A DNA stretch of 64,000 nt from a virus: positions 43,969-107,968 of IMG/VR virus record IMGVR_UViG_3300042893_001581. One strand, 5' to 3'. The notes beneath the pieces are model-generated. The model worked only from the letters and a program-made list of their open reading frames with translations, was not told the DNA's origin and made no database searches. This document shows positions 36,562-44,758 of this stretch, piece by piece. The translations under genes and the position numbers were made by a program. How positions within the stretch are numbered: position 1 is the first letter of the stretch; every line of letters starts with the position of its first letter.

Positions 36562-36655
36562 AACCTTTAATTTTTTGATATGATATAAATGAACATTATA
36601 ATTAATCCTATTAATGCTAACAATGACTCGTCTTTTAAATACTTAACGTACTTCA

Positions 36656-37534
36656 TTATTCAGCATTTTGTTTTTTAGCGTATTGCCTATTGTATCTATC
36701 GGTTGTATATCTACTATCACTTTCAGATCCACCATTCTGCCAATTAAATACATCTTCGACAAAATCATAGAACCTCTTAGTAGTTACTGTAATTTCTTTA
36801 AGTGAATGACTATCATTAGAAATCTCTAATGTACATTTGTACTTGTTTAATTCTTTCACTTTGAAAGCACTTACATATACATAATCCCATTTGCTTCTAC
36901 CTATTTGCAATTTCATTTGGTGTTTCACATCTTCCAAAGTAACTTCACCCGTATCATAATTTCTATTGATATACTTCTTAGTGTTTAGTTCACATGAGAA
37001 GCCAACTTTTTTATATTGATTCTTTGCTTCATTAGCAATCTCGCTCTTTGTATTACTAATCGTAACACGCAACTCTGAGCACTCTCTTTCCATTTTATTG
37101 GCTTCACGATATATCTCTAAGAATGCTGGACTCCACTCATGCTTGAACTTGCTTTCTATCTCTTGAAACTTAGCAGCTACAGCTCCGAATATCTGTACAT
37201 CGGCTAGAACAAATCCGTCTTTTGCCGTAGCTCTAGAACTATACCAACTGAATTCGGCATACTTAGATCTATTTTCACTTCTATAGTCATGCATTAGAGA
37301 AATGGTGCATGAATTCCAACGCGCATGCTCTTCGAATTTCATTATCTCAATCCTGTCACTAGTAGCTACTATTTTTTGGATTAAATTAGATACGTTTTCT
37401 TGGAACCAAGATAAGATAGCGGCATTTTGTGCTTCATACGCTGGCTTGACTACATTATTTTCGTAGACTTCAACTTCTGATTCTTTTGTCTTGAGCTGTG
37501 CTTCTAGAGCCGAGAGGATAACTTGCTTATTCAT
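36656..37534 (-). CDS. early hypothetical protein (first gene of cassette 4)
   Basis: 292 aa with coiled-coil segments; AAAGGTTATG start. Confidence 0.8.
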   Translation of the reverse strand: MNKQVILSALEAQLKTKESEVEVYENNVVKPAYEAQNAAILSWFQENVSNLIQKIVATSDRIEIMKFEEHARWNSCTISLMHDYRSENRSKYAEFSWYSSRATAKDGFVLADVQIFGAVAAKFQEIESKFKHEWSPAFLEIYREANKMERECSELRVTISNTKSEIANEAKNQYKKVGFSCELNTKKYINRNYDTGEVTLEDVKHQMKLQIGRSKWDYVYVSAFKVKELNKYKCTLEISNDSHSLKEITVTTKRFYDFVEDVFNWQNGGSESDSRYTTDRYNRQYAKKQNAE

Positions 37535-37688
37535 AACCTTTATTTGTTTGATATATAGTAAAATTAAGACATTCCGTCGAAATAAAAAAATTTATTTTGA
37601 TCTTTTTTAAAAATTCTCGATTGAAAATCAATCAGTTATAAGTAGTTGATTATCAATAAGTTATAAGTGATTGAAAATCAATCAGTTA
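37532..37688 (-). promoter_or_regulatory. early promoter cassette 4
   Basis: TAATTTTA at 37559-37566; palindromes 37614-37638, 37639-37663 and 37664-37688. Confidence 0.8.
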
Positions 37689-37996
37689 TGAGAGGTATAC
37701 TTCAGGATTAGTTGGTCTATGATCTGTTTATCCGATTGATCAAATGACTTTTTATTTTGAATCTTTTTTACATAGTCAATATGCTTCTCAACTACTTCTA
37801 ATTTAATCGCATAATTTAAATGCTTGACTTTATTCTCTGTTGCAAATTTATATTCTTGAGTGAGGATCTCTTTTAGTGTTTGTACTTTTCTAATGTAGTT
37901 ATTTTCAATTTCTTTTTTATTAAAATGTTCTTTAGCTTCCATCGCCTTAACTAACTTATCTCCCATTTTGCCTAAAGAATATTTCTTATAATCCAC
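37682..37996 (-). CDS. hypothetical protein
   Basis: 104 aa, coupled to the holin-like gene; stop codon lies in the distal palindrome. Confidence 0.75.
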   Translation of the reverse strand: MDYKKYSLGKMGDKLVKAMEAKEHFNKKEIENNYIRKVQTLKEILTQEYKFATENKVKHLNYAIKLEVVEKHIDYVKKIQNKKSFDQSDKQIIDQLILKYTSHN

Positions 37997-38286
37997 TAGT
38001 CACTATTTTTAAACATATACTTAAATATTGTTTTCTGGAGTTCTCTTAATGCTTCGGTATTATCTTTAATAAGTTCTGCTAATCTATCTCTCTCTTCTGC
38101 TATTAGTCCCATCATTTCATCTTGAAGTCTATCTACTTTTTCTTCAAGGATATCATTCTTTTTAACAAGTCTTAGATATTGCATCCAAGCAAAATAACCA
38201 AGCAAAAAAGCTAGCATCCCCAAAACCCCGTATTGTAAAAAATACTCTTTTATGTGTTCTGATTCTGCTATCTGAAGTAGGGTCAT
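37996..38286 (-). CDS. BhlA/UviB-like holin candidate
   Basis: QYGVLGMLAFLLGYFAW single TM followed by a coiled coil; ATATTTAT at 38311-38318. Confidence 0.5.
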   Translation of the reverse strand: MTLLQIAESEHIKEYFLQYGVLGMLAFLLGYFAWMQYLRLVKKNDILEEKVDRLQDEMMGLIAEERDRLAELIKDNTEALRELQKTIFKYMFKNSD

Positions 38287-38334
38287 ACTTTGTAGTTATT
38301 TATTATAACAATAAATATTAATAACTCGATTAAA

Positions 38335-38715
38335 CTATAGAGTATCCATCAAGTATTTTAAACACTTTTTTGTGTCCCTATTAGCAATTTTTGATGCTTC
38401 AATCTCCATAGGGTTTTTATGATCGGGTAGATACATTGCAAGTATCTGGTAGTGTTTCATATTTTGTTTATAGTGTATATACTCGTGAATGATACTATTT
38501 GTTAAATCAGTTAAATTATCGTTAGCAATCTTATCTATAAATATAACTGCATCAATCTCATCGTAATATGCAATACATCCCTCTGTATAATAGTCTGGTT
38601 TCTTATACTCTATTTCTGGAAATGGTCTATTAAATTTAGATTTGCCATAAGTCTTTATACACCAATCAAGTATTTGATTTACGTGTTTTTTTGTAGGCTT
38701 TATTGTAGAATCCAT
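38335..38715 (-). CDS. HExxH metallopeptidase-like protein
   Basis: IIHEYIHYKQ...NPMEIEA. Confidence 0.7.
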   Translation of the reverse strand: MDSTIKPTKKHVNQILDWCIKTYGKSKFNRPFPEIEYKKPDYYTEGCIAYYDEIDAVIFIDKIANDNLTDLTNSIIHEYIHYKQNMKHYQILAMYLPDHKNPMEIEASKIANRDTKKCLKYLMDTL

Positions 38716-38717
38716 AA

Positions 38718-39311
38718 CTATAAGTTTTCTTGTATAAATACTTTTTCTATTCTTTTAGGGGTTATTGAATAATCTGCTTTGAAATATCTTGGCATCTTTT
38801 CTATGATCCTCTGATTGCTATATGGACTATTGTTTGGAGTAGCCCACTTTCTTGTAGCTAGTAGTCTGTTATAGAAATAGACATAAGCATTTGCTTTCTT
38901 TATATAATTATCTATATCTACATCTAGATTAAACTTTTTAATAATTCTTACAGACCTTTTTTCATTATCTAATTCCAGTTCTCTAGATACTGCTAAATGC
39001 TTCTTGATATTAGGAACCTCTTCACCTTGAAGCCACTCATCTACTAAAGGCATACTTACCATGCACTTCTTCCATATATCTATTTGCTCTACCCATTGAG
39101 TGAGATGCGAAAATTCATGTGCAAGAATCTCTATCCAATCTTCTCTATTCATTGAACAAACAAGAGCTGGCGTATCTTCGTCAAAGTATCCTGAGCACTT
39201 TATATTTCCTGATAGTCTGACATGTTTTGTTTTTCTGAGGTCGCACTTGACTCCATACTTTTTACATTCAGACTTTACGTATTTGACGAACTCTTTTTCC
39301 TTCTTGTTCAT
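38718..39311 (-). CDS. HExxH metallopeptidase-like protein
   Basis: ILAHEFSHLTQW...ELELDNE; ATATTTAT at 39335-39342. Confidence 0.7.
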   Translation of the reverse strand: MNKKEKEFVKYVKSECKKYGVKCDLRKTKHVRLSGNIKCSGYFDEDTPALVCSMNREDWIEILAHEFSHLTQWVEQIDIWKKCMVSMPLVDEWLQGEEVPNIKKHLAVSRELELDNEKRSVRIIKKFNLDVDIDNYIKKANAYVYFYNRLLATRKWATPNNSPYSNQRIIEKMPRYFKADYSITPKRIEKVFIQENL

Positions 39312-39329
39312 ATAGATAGGTTTTAGGTC

Positions 39330-39653
39330 CTATGATAAATATGAACCCTTTATATCCTCTATATGTTTACAGCTTCTTTTATTTCCAGAAAATTTGTATG
39401 AGTGACAGTTACACTCCCAGGTTTTTCCTTTTAGTGTCACTAGATACTTCTTACCTTTTGCACCTTCCACATCCCATTCAATGTCTCTTTCAAATGCTGG
39501 GTTTTTTCCACCTTTGTATGGCTTCTTAAACCATAGGATCTGATCTCTTGTAGTATCTTGAGGCAAATCTCTTCTTCCATTATCATCTATTAGATATGGA
39601 CCTTTCTCATCTTTCCAAAAGAATGGAACTATAAAAGAGTGCACAATTATCAT
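39330..39653 (-). CDS. SWIM zinc-finger protein
   Basis: YLVTL...WECNCHSYKF...SCKHI. Confidence 0.8.
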   Translation of the reverse strand: MIIVHSFIVPFFWKDEKGPYLIDDNGRRDLPQDTTRDQILWFKKPYKGGKNPAFERDIEWDVEGAKGKKYLVTLKGKTWECNCHSYKFSGNKRSCKHIEDIKGSYLS

Positions 39654-39871
39654 AGGAACTTAAATTTAACCAATTCTAGGATATTTTTAAAACTAAACTC
39701 TTCAGTCTGGGGAATTAATCTACTAAAGTCATAGTGATCATTTAAAGAGTGCTTCCTAGCTTTCTCTTTAGTAAGATCATAAGCACTTCCAAAATTAAAT
39801 TCTTTTAGCCATTCATTATACTCTAAAGAATTCTTAGGCGTAATTGTTTTCCGTATTCTTAATTTATTCAT
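39650..39871 (-). CDS. hypothetical protein
   Basis: Start moved to ATG 39871 (MNKLR) to remove the overlap. Confidence 0.65.
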   Translation of the reverse strand: MNKLRIRKTITPKNSLEYNEWLKEFNFGSAYDLTKEKARKHSLNDHYDFSRLIPQTEEFSFKNILELVKFKFL

Positions 39872-39875
39872 AGTA

Positions 39876-40238
39876 TTATTTTTTATAACCAAATGTTTTT
39901 GACATATCATATCCACGCAAATGATAATTGACTTCAACTACTGACTCTAAAAATGCCTCTGTAATTTGGCCAGTCAATCTATCTTCAATCATGACATGTC
40001 CTGTGCCGTAACGATGATCAAGATCTATTGTATTAAAATATTCTTCGGCCTCTTCATAAGTGTCAAAGACTTCTATTGTAGAATCTTCATCAGTATATCC
40101 GTCAATAAGTTCTGAATTATGATCTCCAAATTCGTCAATAGTTGTAATGTAAGGACTTACCATTACAAAAAACTTATTAGGAAGTTGTCCGTCACCAACG
40201 ATCTCTGATGCCAATGTTTTAATTTCTTTCTGAGTCAT
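39876..40238 (-). CDS. acidic hypothetical protein
   Basis: 120 aa; AAGGTTATG start. Confidence 0.75.
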   Translation of the reverse strand: MTQKEIKTLASEIVGDGQLPNKFFVMVSPYITTIDEFGDHNSELIDGYTDEDSTIEVFDTYEEAEEYFNTIDLDHRYGTGHVMIEDRLTGQITEAFLESVVEVNYHLRGYDMSKTFGYKK

Positions 40239-40324
40239 AACCTTAATTTAAATGAATTGTTTGAATATCTTTTGGAAAATTTGGATAAGTAATAATCGGA
40301 ACTGTGAGTACCATAACTTTTATT

Positions 40325-40669
40325 TTATAGATTTTGAGAATAGAATGCAGTGTGAGCCATGTCTTCATAGTCAGGCATATCGCTATCGCTTTCTAATGCA
40401 CTGCCTCCGTGCCATTTAGTCACATACTCGTTCCAAGTCATACGACCTTCATTATAAGCGGTCTCGTCCTTTTCTTGATTAATAGGCGGAGCAAAGATAA
40501 AGTTATCTTGGTCGATAACAAAGTTAACCTGGCAGTCAGGATGAACTTCTCTAAATACCTGGTGGTTAGCCTCGGCAGTTGCAAAGTCGCCATTAACTGT
40601 AATTGTATTGTCAATGACTGTCTCGTGGGTAAGGTAGTTAAAAACGAAGATCTTGATGTCCATATTCAT
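40325..40669 (-). CDS. early hypothetical protein (first gene of cassette 5)
   Basis: ATG lies within the AATCAATAATGA leader. Confidence 0.75.
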   Translation of the reverse strand: MNMDIKIFVFNYLTHETVIDNTITVNGDFATAEANHQVFREVHPDCQVNFVIDQDNFIFAPPINQEKDETAYNEGRMTWNEYVTKWHGGSALESDSDMPDYEDMAHTAFYSQNL

Positions 40670-40819
40670 TATTGATTTGTTTCATAGTAAAATTACGACA
40701 AATTTTTGACATAAAAAAATATTTTTAGTCTTTTTTTAAAAATTGTCGATTGGAAATCAATCAGTTATGCAAGCGATTGAAAATCAATAAGTTATATAGT
40801 ATTGGAAATCAATAAGTTA
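40666..40819 (-). promoter_or_regulatory. early promoter cassette 5
   Basis: TAATTTTA at 40688-40695; palindromes 40743-40767, 40770-40794 and 40795-40819. Confidence 0.8.
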
Positions 40820-40849
40820 TATATATAAAGAAACTATATATATAAATGG

Positions 40850-41602
40850 TTAGTTTCTGATGTCTATAAATTCGGATCCGTCATCCTGATCTTTGTAGTC
40901 TATAAGATCTTCGTCTTTGAATAATACATCTCCTGAGTTATCTAGTCCTAAATTTTTTAGATGTTCATAATAGAAGTCATCGAGTTGATATATCTCTTGT
41001 ACTTCTTCTTTTATTTCAAGACTATCAATAGGAACCGACTCTACTCTTTGTATCATTTTACTTGTAAACGGATCTCCTACATAAAGGAAGTAGCAGTTAT
41101 AACATTGCCATTGTAAATTCTCAAGTCTCCAATCACTCTTCTTTCCATTTTTAAAACTAAGTAAGAGTGGAACTTTCATGTCTGTTAATCTTTTCTCTGA
41201 GAACTTGCACGATGAACATTGGTATCCAAGTCTACCATCTTTCATTAAAGCTTCTTTGAGCTTCGCTATTCTCTTTGAATTAATAGGTTGGCTCTCTTTA
41301 AGCATTTCATCTAAGTCAACTTTCCATTTAGAACCTGCAAGATTTTTAGGTACTCCTCTACCAGGAATATTCTTGTGTATTTCAAATAAAGTCTTTCCTG
41401 TTTCTTCATCTATATAAGACTTAGCATATTTCTTATATGTTATATCTGTAATGCCAAGCCATCTAGCAGCTTCTTTATTACTACGACTATTTGCCATAGC
41501 TTCTCTAAGTTGCTCTTCTGTTAATTGAAGCCCTTTATTCCACCAAGTATCTGGTCTGGCTTCTCTAGACATGTTTTCTTTTGTAAAAAAAGCTTTAGGC
41601 AT
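40850..41602 (-). CDS. HTH plus degenerate HNH/Zn-finger protein
   Basis: SNKEAARWLGI HTH; CSSC...LLLSFKNGKKSDWRLENLQWQCYNC lacks the HNH histidines. Confidence 0.7.
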   Translation of the reverse strand: MPKAFFTKENMSREARPDTWWNKGLQLTEEQLREAMANSRSNKEAARWLGITDITYKKYAKSYIDEETGKTLFEIHKNIPGRGVPKNLAGSKWKVDLDEMLKESQPINSKRIAKLKEALMKDGRLGYQCSSCKFSEKRLTDMKVPLLLSFKNGKKSDWRLENLQWQCYNCYFLYVGDPFTSKMIQRVESVPIDSLEIKEEVQEIYQLDDFYYEHLKNLGLDNSGDVLFKDEDLIDYKDQDDGSEFIDIRN

Positions 41603-42002
41603 CTAATTTAGGATTTATTTTACACATTAAATGCCAAAGATCATAAGGTGTTTCAAGCATGAGTTCATTCTTATCATTAATTATTATTGGATTTAATGTA
41701 CCATCACTATTCACTCTTTCATACAAATAGAAACTAATTACTTCTGTACATTGTTTACCAAAATGCATATAGATAAGAGCATCTATAACTGTAAAGAACT
41801 TCTCATCATAATCTGCGAAGTCTAAATTAAGATCTGCATACATAATGTTTTGTCTAACATTTAATTCGTCTAGATTATTCATCATGTTAAAAAATAACTC
41901 TCTCTTCTTATCTGTCTCAGTCTTCTTCTTTCTTCTTATTATAGTCTTAGTTCCAATTATAGAATCTATTCCTAATTGAATTTGTTTAAAATCATTCTCC
42001 AC
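41595..42002 (-). CDS. hypothetical protein
   Basis: 135-aa ORF. Confidence 0.8.
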   Translation of the reverse strand: MENDFKQIQLGIDSIIGTKTIIRRKKKTETDKKRELFFNMMNNLDELNVRQNIMYADLNLDFADYDEKFFTVIDALIYMHFGKQCTEVISFYLYERVNSDGTLNPIIINDKNELMLETPYDLWHLMCKINPKLDA

Positions 42003-42348
42003 TGGCTTTAGTTTTAGTTATAAATTTTCTGGCCTTATTCTTATCTTGAATTGATTGAATTATATTTTTAATGTGTGTGCACATTTCATAGTTCTCTTCT
42101 TCAATATACCAAAGTAAACAGGTTTCTAAAGCCTGTATCCAATGGTTTTTATGGATCTCTAAATATTCATTAGTTTCATTTATCTCAAAGACGCAAGCAT
42201 AAATCTTCTTATTAGTTATAGCGTACTCTATAGAATTAGGTACATGTATCTTTAATAAAGATTTAAGTATTTCAGACTGAGAAACGTCTGCTGCGGTAAT
42301 GTGTTCCGGATTATCAAATAAAGCTCTAACAACTCTTCTTCTTACCAT
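41992..42348 (-). CDS. hypothetical protein with a UVR-like C-terminal motif
   Basis: YIEEENYEMCTHIKNII. Confidence 0.7.
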   Translation of the reverse strand: MVRRRVVRALFDNPEHITAADVSQSEILKSLLKIHVPNSIEYAITNKKIYACVFEINETNEYLEIHKNHWIQALETCLLWYIEEENYEMCTHIKNIIQSIQDKNKARKFITKTKASGE

Positions 42349-42365
42349 AACTAATTTGTTTTATT

Positions 42366-42680
42366 TTAAGCTCCTCCTTTCATGGCTTTAATTAATAACA
42401 TTGCCACAGAATTTAAAGGTACAATAAAGCCTATTACATTTTTATATGGATTGCGATCATCGTAATCAATCATAACCCCAGAAGCTCCAAGCTTTTTCTG
42501 TAATGCTACACTAATTTCATTAGCCAACATTTGCTTGTCTCTAGGATCTTCAAGTTCTTGATCTAATACGAACTGCATTTTAACTCCAAGTTTAGTTGGA
42601 TTGTCATTTACATCAAACCTAAGTTTGTACTTCTTTCCTGCTACGGTTATATCGAATAATGGATTAACTGCCTTTGCCAT
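42366..42680 (-). CDS. hypothetical late protein
   Basis: 104 aa; ATATTTAT at 42692-42699. Confidence 0.75.
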   Translation of the reverse strand: MAKAVNPLFDITVAGKKYKLRFDVNDNPTKLGVKMQFVLDQELEDPRDKQMLANEISVALQKKLGASGVMIDYDDRNPYKNVIGFIVPLNSVAMLLIKAMKGGA

Positions 42681-42698
42681 TTGTTTTTTATATAAATA

Positions 42699-43982
42699 TT
42701 ACTCTATAGTCAATAATGAATAGTCGAACGGTGGATTAGTTACAACAATTTGATCCTGGGCTAAATCTACCATGTTTCTGATCTCTATTTTAGCAGATCC
42801 TAATTCATATATTCCAGGTTCAGAAGCTTCTAGGATGTCACCCAAGCGCGTTATATTTTGTAAGAATTCGTCTTTAGATGGATCTACGTTTGTAAAGTTT
42901 ACTTCTATTTTTATATTATAATCTGTAGGTTCTCCCACTTTATAAATTGACTTAAAATCTGTAGTTCTAAATAAATGCTTAGCCTGTTCCCAACCTTCAT
43001 TAGTATATCCTAAAAGTGTATTAGCTGGTTCTTGTTCATTACTTAAGGTTCGAATCATGGCATTTACCTCTTCCTCTGATCTCAGCCACAGTCTAGAACA
43101 GTAAACTTCTAATTGCGCTAAGAACATTGGGTTTAATTGTTTATTGTCTTTTACTACAAGATCTATATCTAATTTTTTTAACTTACTTTCTCCATGATTA
43201 AAATTTCCCCACTTTTTTAAAAATCTTCTAATCTCTATTCCGTCTGCAATCTTTTGTAGTTCTACTCTTTCTTTTGCTTCTTTATTGTTTTCGTCAAACC
43301 AATTTTTTCCTCTAGAACTTACACAAGTAAAATGATAAACAACTGGTTTAAATGTTTGTTTTAACTTTATTCCAGATTGAACACATCTTTGTACAAAATC
43401 TGAATCCTCTCTAGATCTTCTAAATATAGTATCATAGCCTCCGATCTTTTGCCATGTTTTTTTATAAAAAGTATATGGAGCAAAAAAGTATTCAGCTACT
43501 TTATTTTCCTTTACAGTAATAGAATATGAATTCCAATCTTCTATATTGAATTGTAAAGGATCTACGCCAAAATCTTTTATTATTACAACATTAGATGGAC
43601 CATGAAGTGGTGGTTCTACTCTAGTTGAACTTATTATACAATCATCTTCTATTTCAGATAGTATGTCTATATCATAATTTGGTGATATAACCATATCACT
43701 TTGAAGATAACTAACTATATTATGTTTAGCTATATCAACAAGAAGATTGGAGTTCCTTTGATATCCTACTGGCCCTTTAAGTTTATGTGTTACTATTTTT
43801 AAATCGTAAAAATCTTTTTTAATACTTTTAAGATATTGATATGTTCCATCATTATCTTTATCTATAAAAACTATAATCTCATGTTCTTTACCAACTAAAT
43901 TAATTTTTAAAGATTCTAATAGTAATTTAGTATATTCTAAAGTGTTAGCTCCTGTGTTTGTTATAAAACTTATTGGTTCCAT
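42699..43982 (-). CDS. GT2-family glycosyltransferase
   Basis: ISFI...EIIVFID..NDGT; SYLQSDM; IGGYD..F..SREDSDFVQR; VYHF. Confidence 0.85.
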   Translation of the reverse strand: MEPISFITNTGANTLEYTKLLLESLKINLVGKEHEIIVFIDKDNDGTYQYLKSIKKDFYDLKIVTHKLKGPVGYQRNSNLLVDIAKHNIVSYLQSDMVISPNYDIDILSEIEDDCIISSTRVEPPLHGPSNVVIIKDFGVDPLQFNIEDWNSYSITVKENKVAEYFFAPYTFYKKTWQKIGGYDTIFRRSREDSDFVQRCVQSGIKLKQTFKPVVYHFTCVSSRGKNWFDENNKEAKERVELQKIADGIEIRRFLKKWGNFNHGESKLKKLDIDLVVKDNKQLNPMFLAQLEVYCSRLWLRSEEEVNAMIRTLSNEQEPANTLLGYTNEGWEQAKHLFRTTDFKSIYKVGEPTDYNIKIEVNFTNVDPSKDEFLQNITRLGDILEASEPGIYELGSAKIEIRNMVDLAQDQIVVTNPPFDYSLLTIE

Positions 43983-44758
43983 TTTAATTTATTATACGTG
44001 TTTATTATTCCTTGTTGAAGTCCTACAAATGGTAATTTTAAATCTTTATTAAAACTAGTATACCCTTCAATTGGAAATTCCGATCCATTTATTTTTATGT
44101 CTACTTTATAATCATTTAAGGTATTTATAAAATCGGCTATATTTTTTAAGGTTAAATTTTCTTTATAAACGCAATTTATATATTTTGGAGGACTTTCATT
44201 TTCTATGCAATAATTTACTACTTGTATTAAGTCTTGCATATAAAAAAAATCCATATAGTTATTATCATCTATTTGCATTGGTTCTTTATTTATATACCTT
44301 TTTAAATTAGACTTAATAAATCTTCTATCTAATTCAAATTCATCAAATAATCCATATATTATTAAGTTATAAAAATTATCTTGGCCAGATATTGATGAGC
44401 TTATTAATTTTTTACTTAAACCATATGGAGTCCACCATCTATGAAATTCAGCTCCTGATCCAAAATGTATTAATTTATTAAAACATTTTTTATTGTATAA
44501 TAAATTATAGTACATCATTAGATTAGAGTCTATAACTTGAGAGTTTTCTGGTTTTAATCTGTTACCTCCAGATACTGCACAGTGTATAACTACATCAAAC
44601 CATTTATTTTTAAAATATAAATTAACACTATTTTGATCTGTTAAATCACAATTTTCTCTAGTTATAGTAGAAACTTCATGTAAATCTTTTAAAGATCTAT
44701 ATAAAGAATTTCCTATATATCCATTAGCTCCTGTTATTAATATTTTCATTGTATCCAT
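43970..44758 (-). CDS. NAD-dependent epimerase/reductase (extended SDR)
   Basis: ILITGANGYIG, VIHCA, FGSGAE, YGLSK. Confidence 0.85.
   Translation of the reverse strand: MDTMKILITGANGYIGNSLYRSLKDLHEVSTITRENCDLTDQNSVNLYFKNKWFDVVIHCAVSGGNRLKPENSQVIDSNLMMYYNLLYNKKCFNKLIHFGSGAEFHRWWTPYGLSKKLISSSISGQDNFYNLIIYGLFDEFELDRRFIKSNLKRYINKEPMQIDDNNYMDFFYMQDLIQVVNYCIENESPPKYINCVYKENLTLKNIADFINTLNDYKVDIKINGSEFPIEGYTSFNKDLKLPFVGLQQGIINTYNKLKWNQ

Noticed and set aside
37614-37688. Palindromes as Xer/dif or integrase core sites, or as FNR boxes
   Set aside because: The 11-3-11 geometry does not fit the 6-8-bp overlap of tyrosine-recombinase sites, TTGAT-N1-ATCAA is not FNR's N4 spacing, and no recombinase is in the window.
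25087-40819. 25-bp tandem palindromes as CRISPR mini-arrays
   Set aside because: Units abut without unique spacers, are degenerate and sit at a fixed distance from promoter boxes. The only Cas4-like gene is a typical stand-alone phage nuclease.
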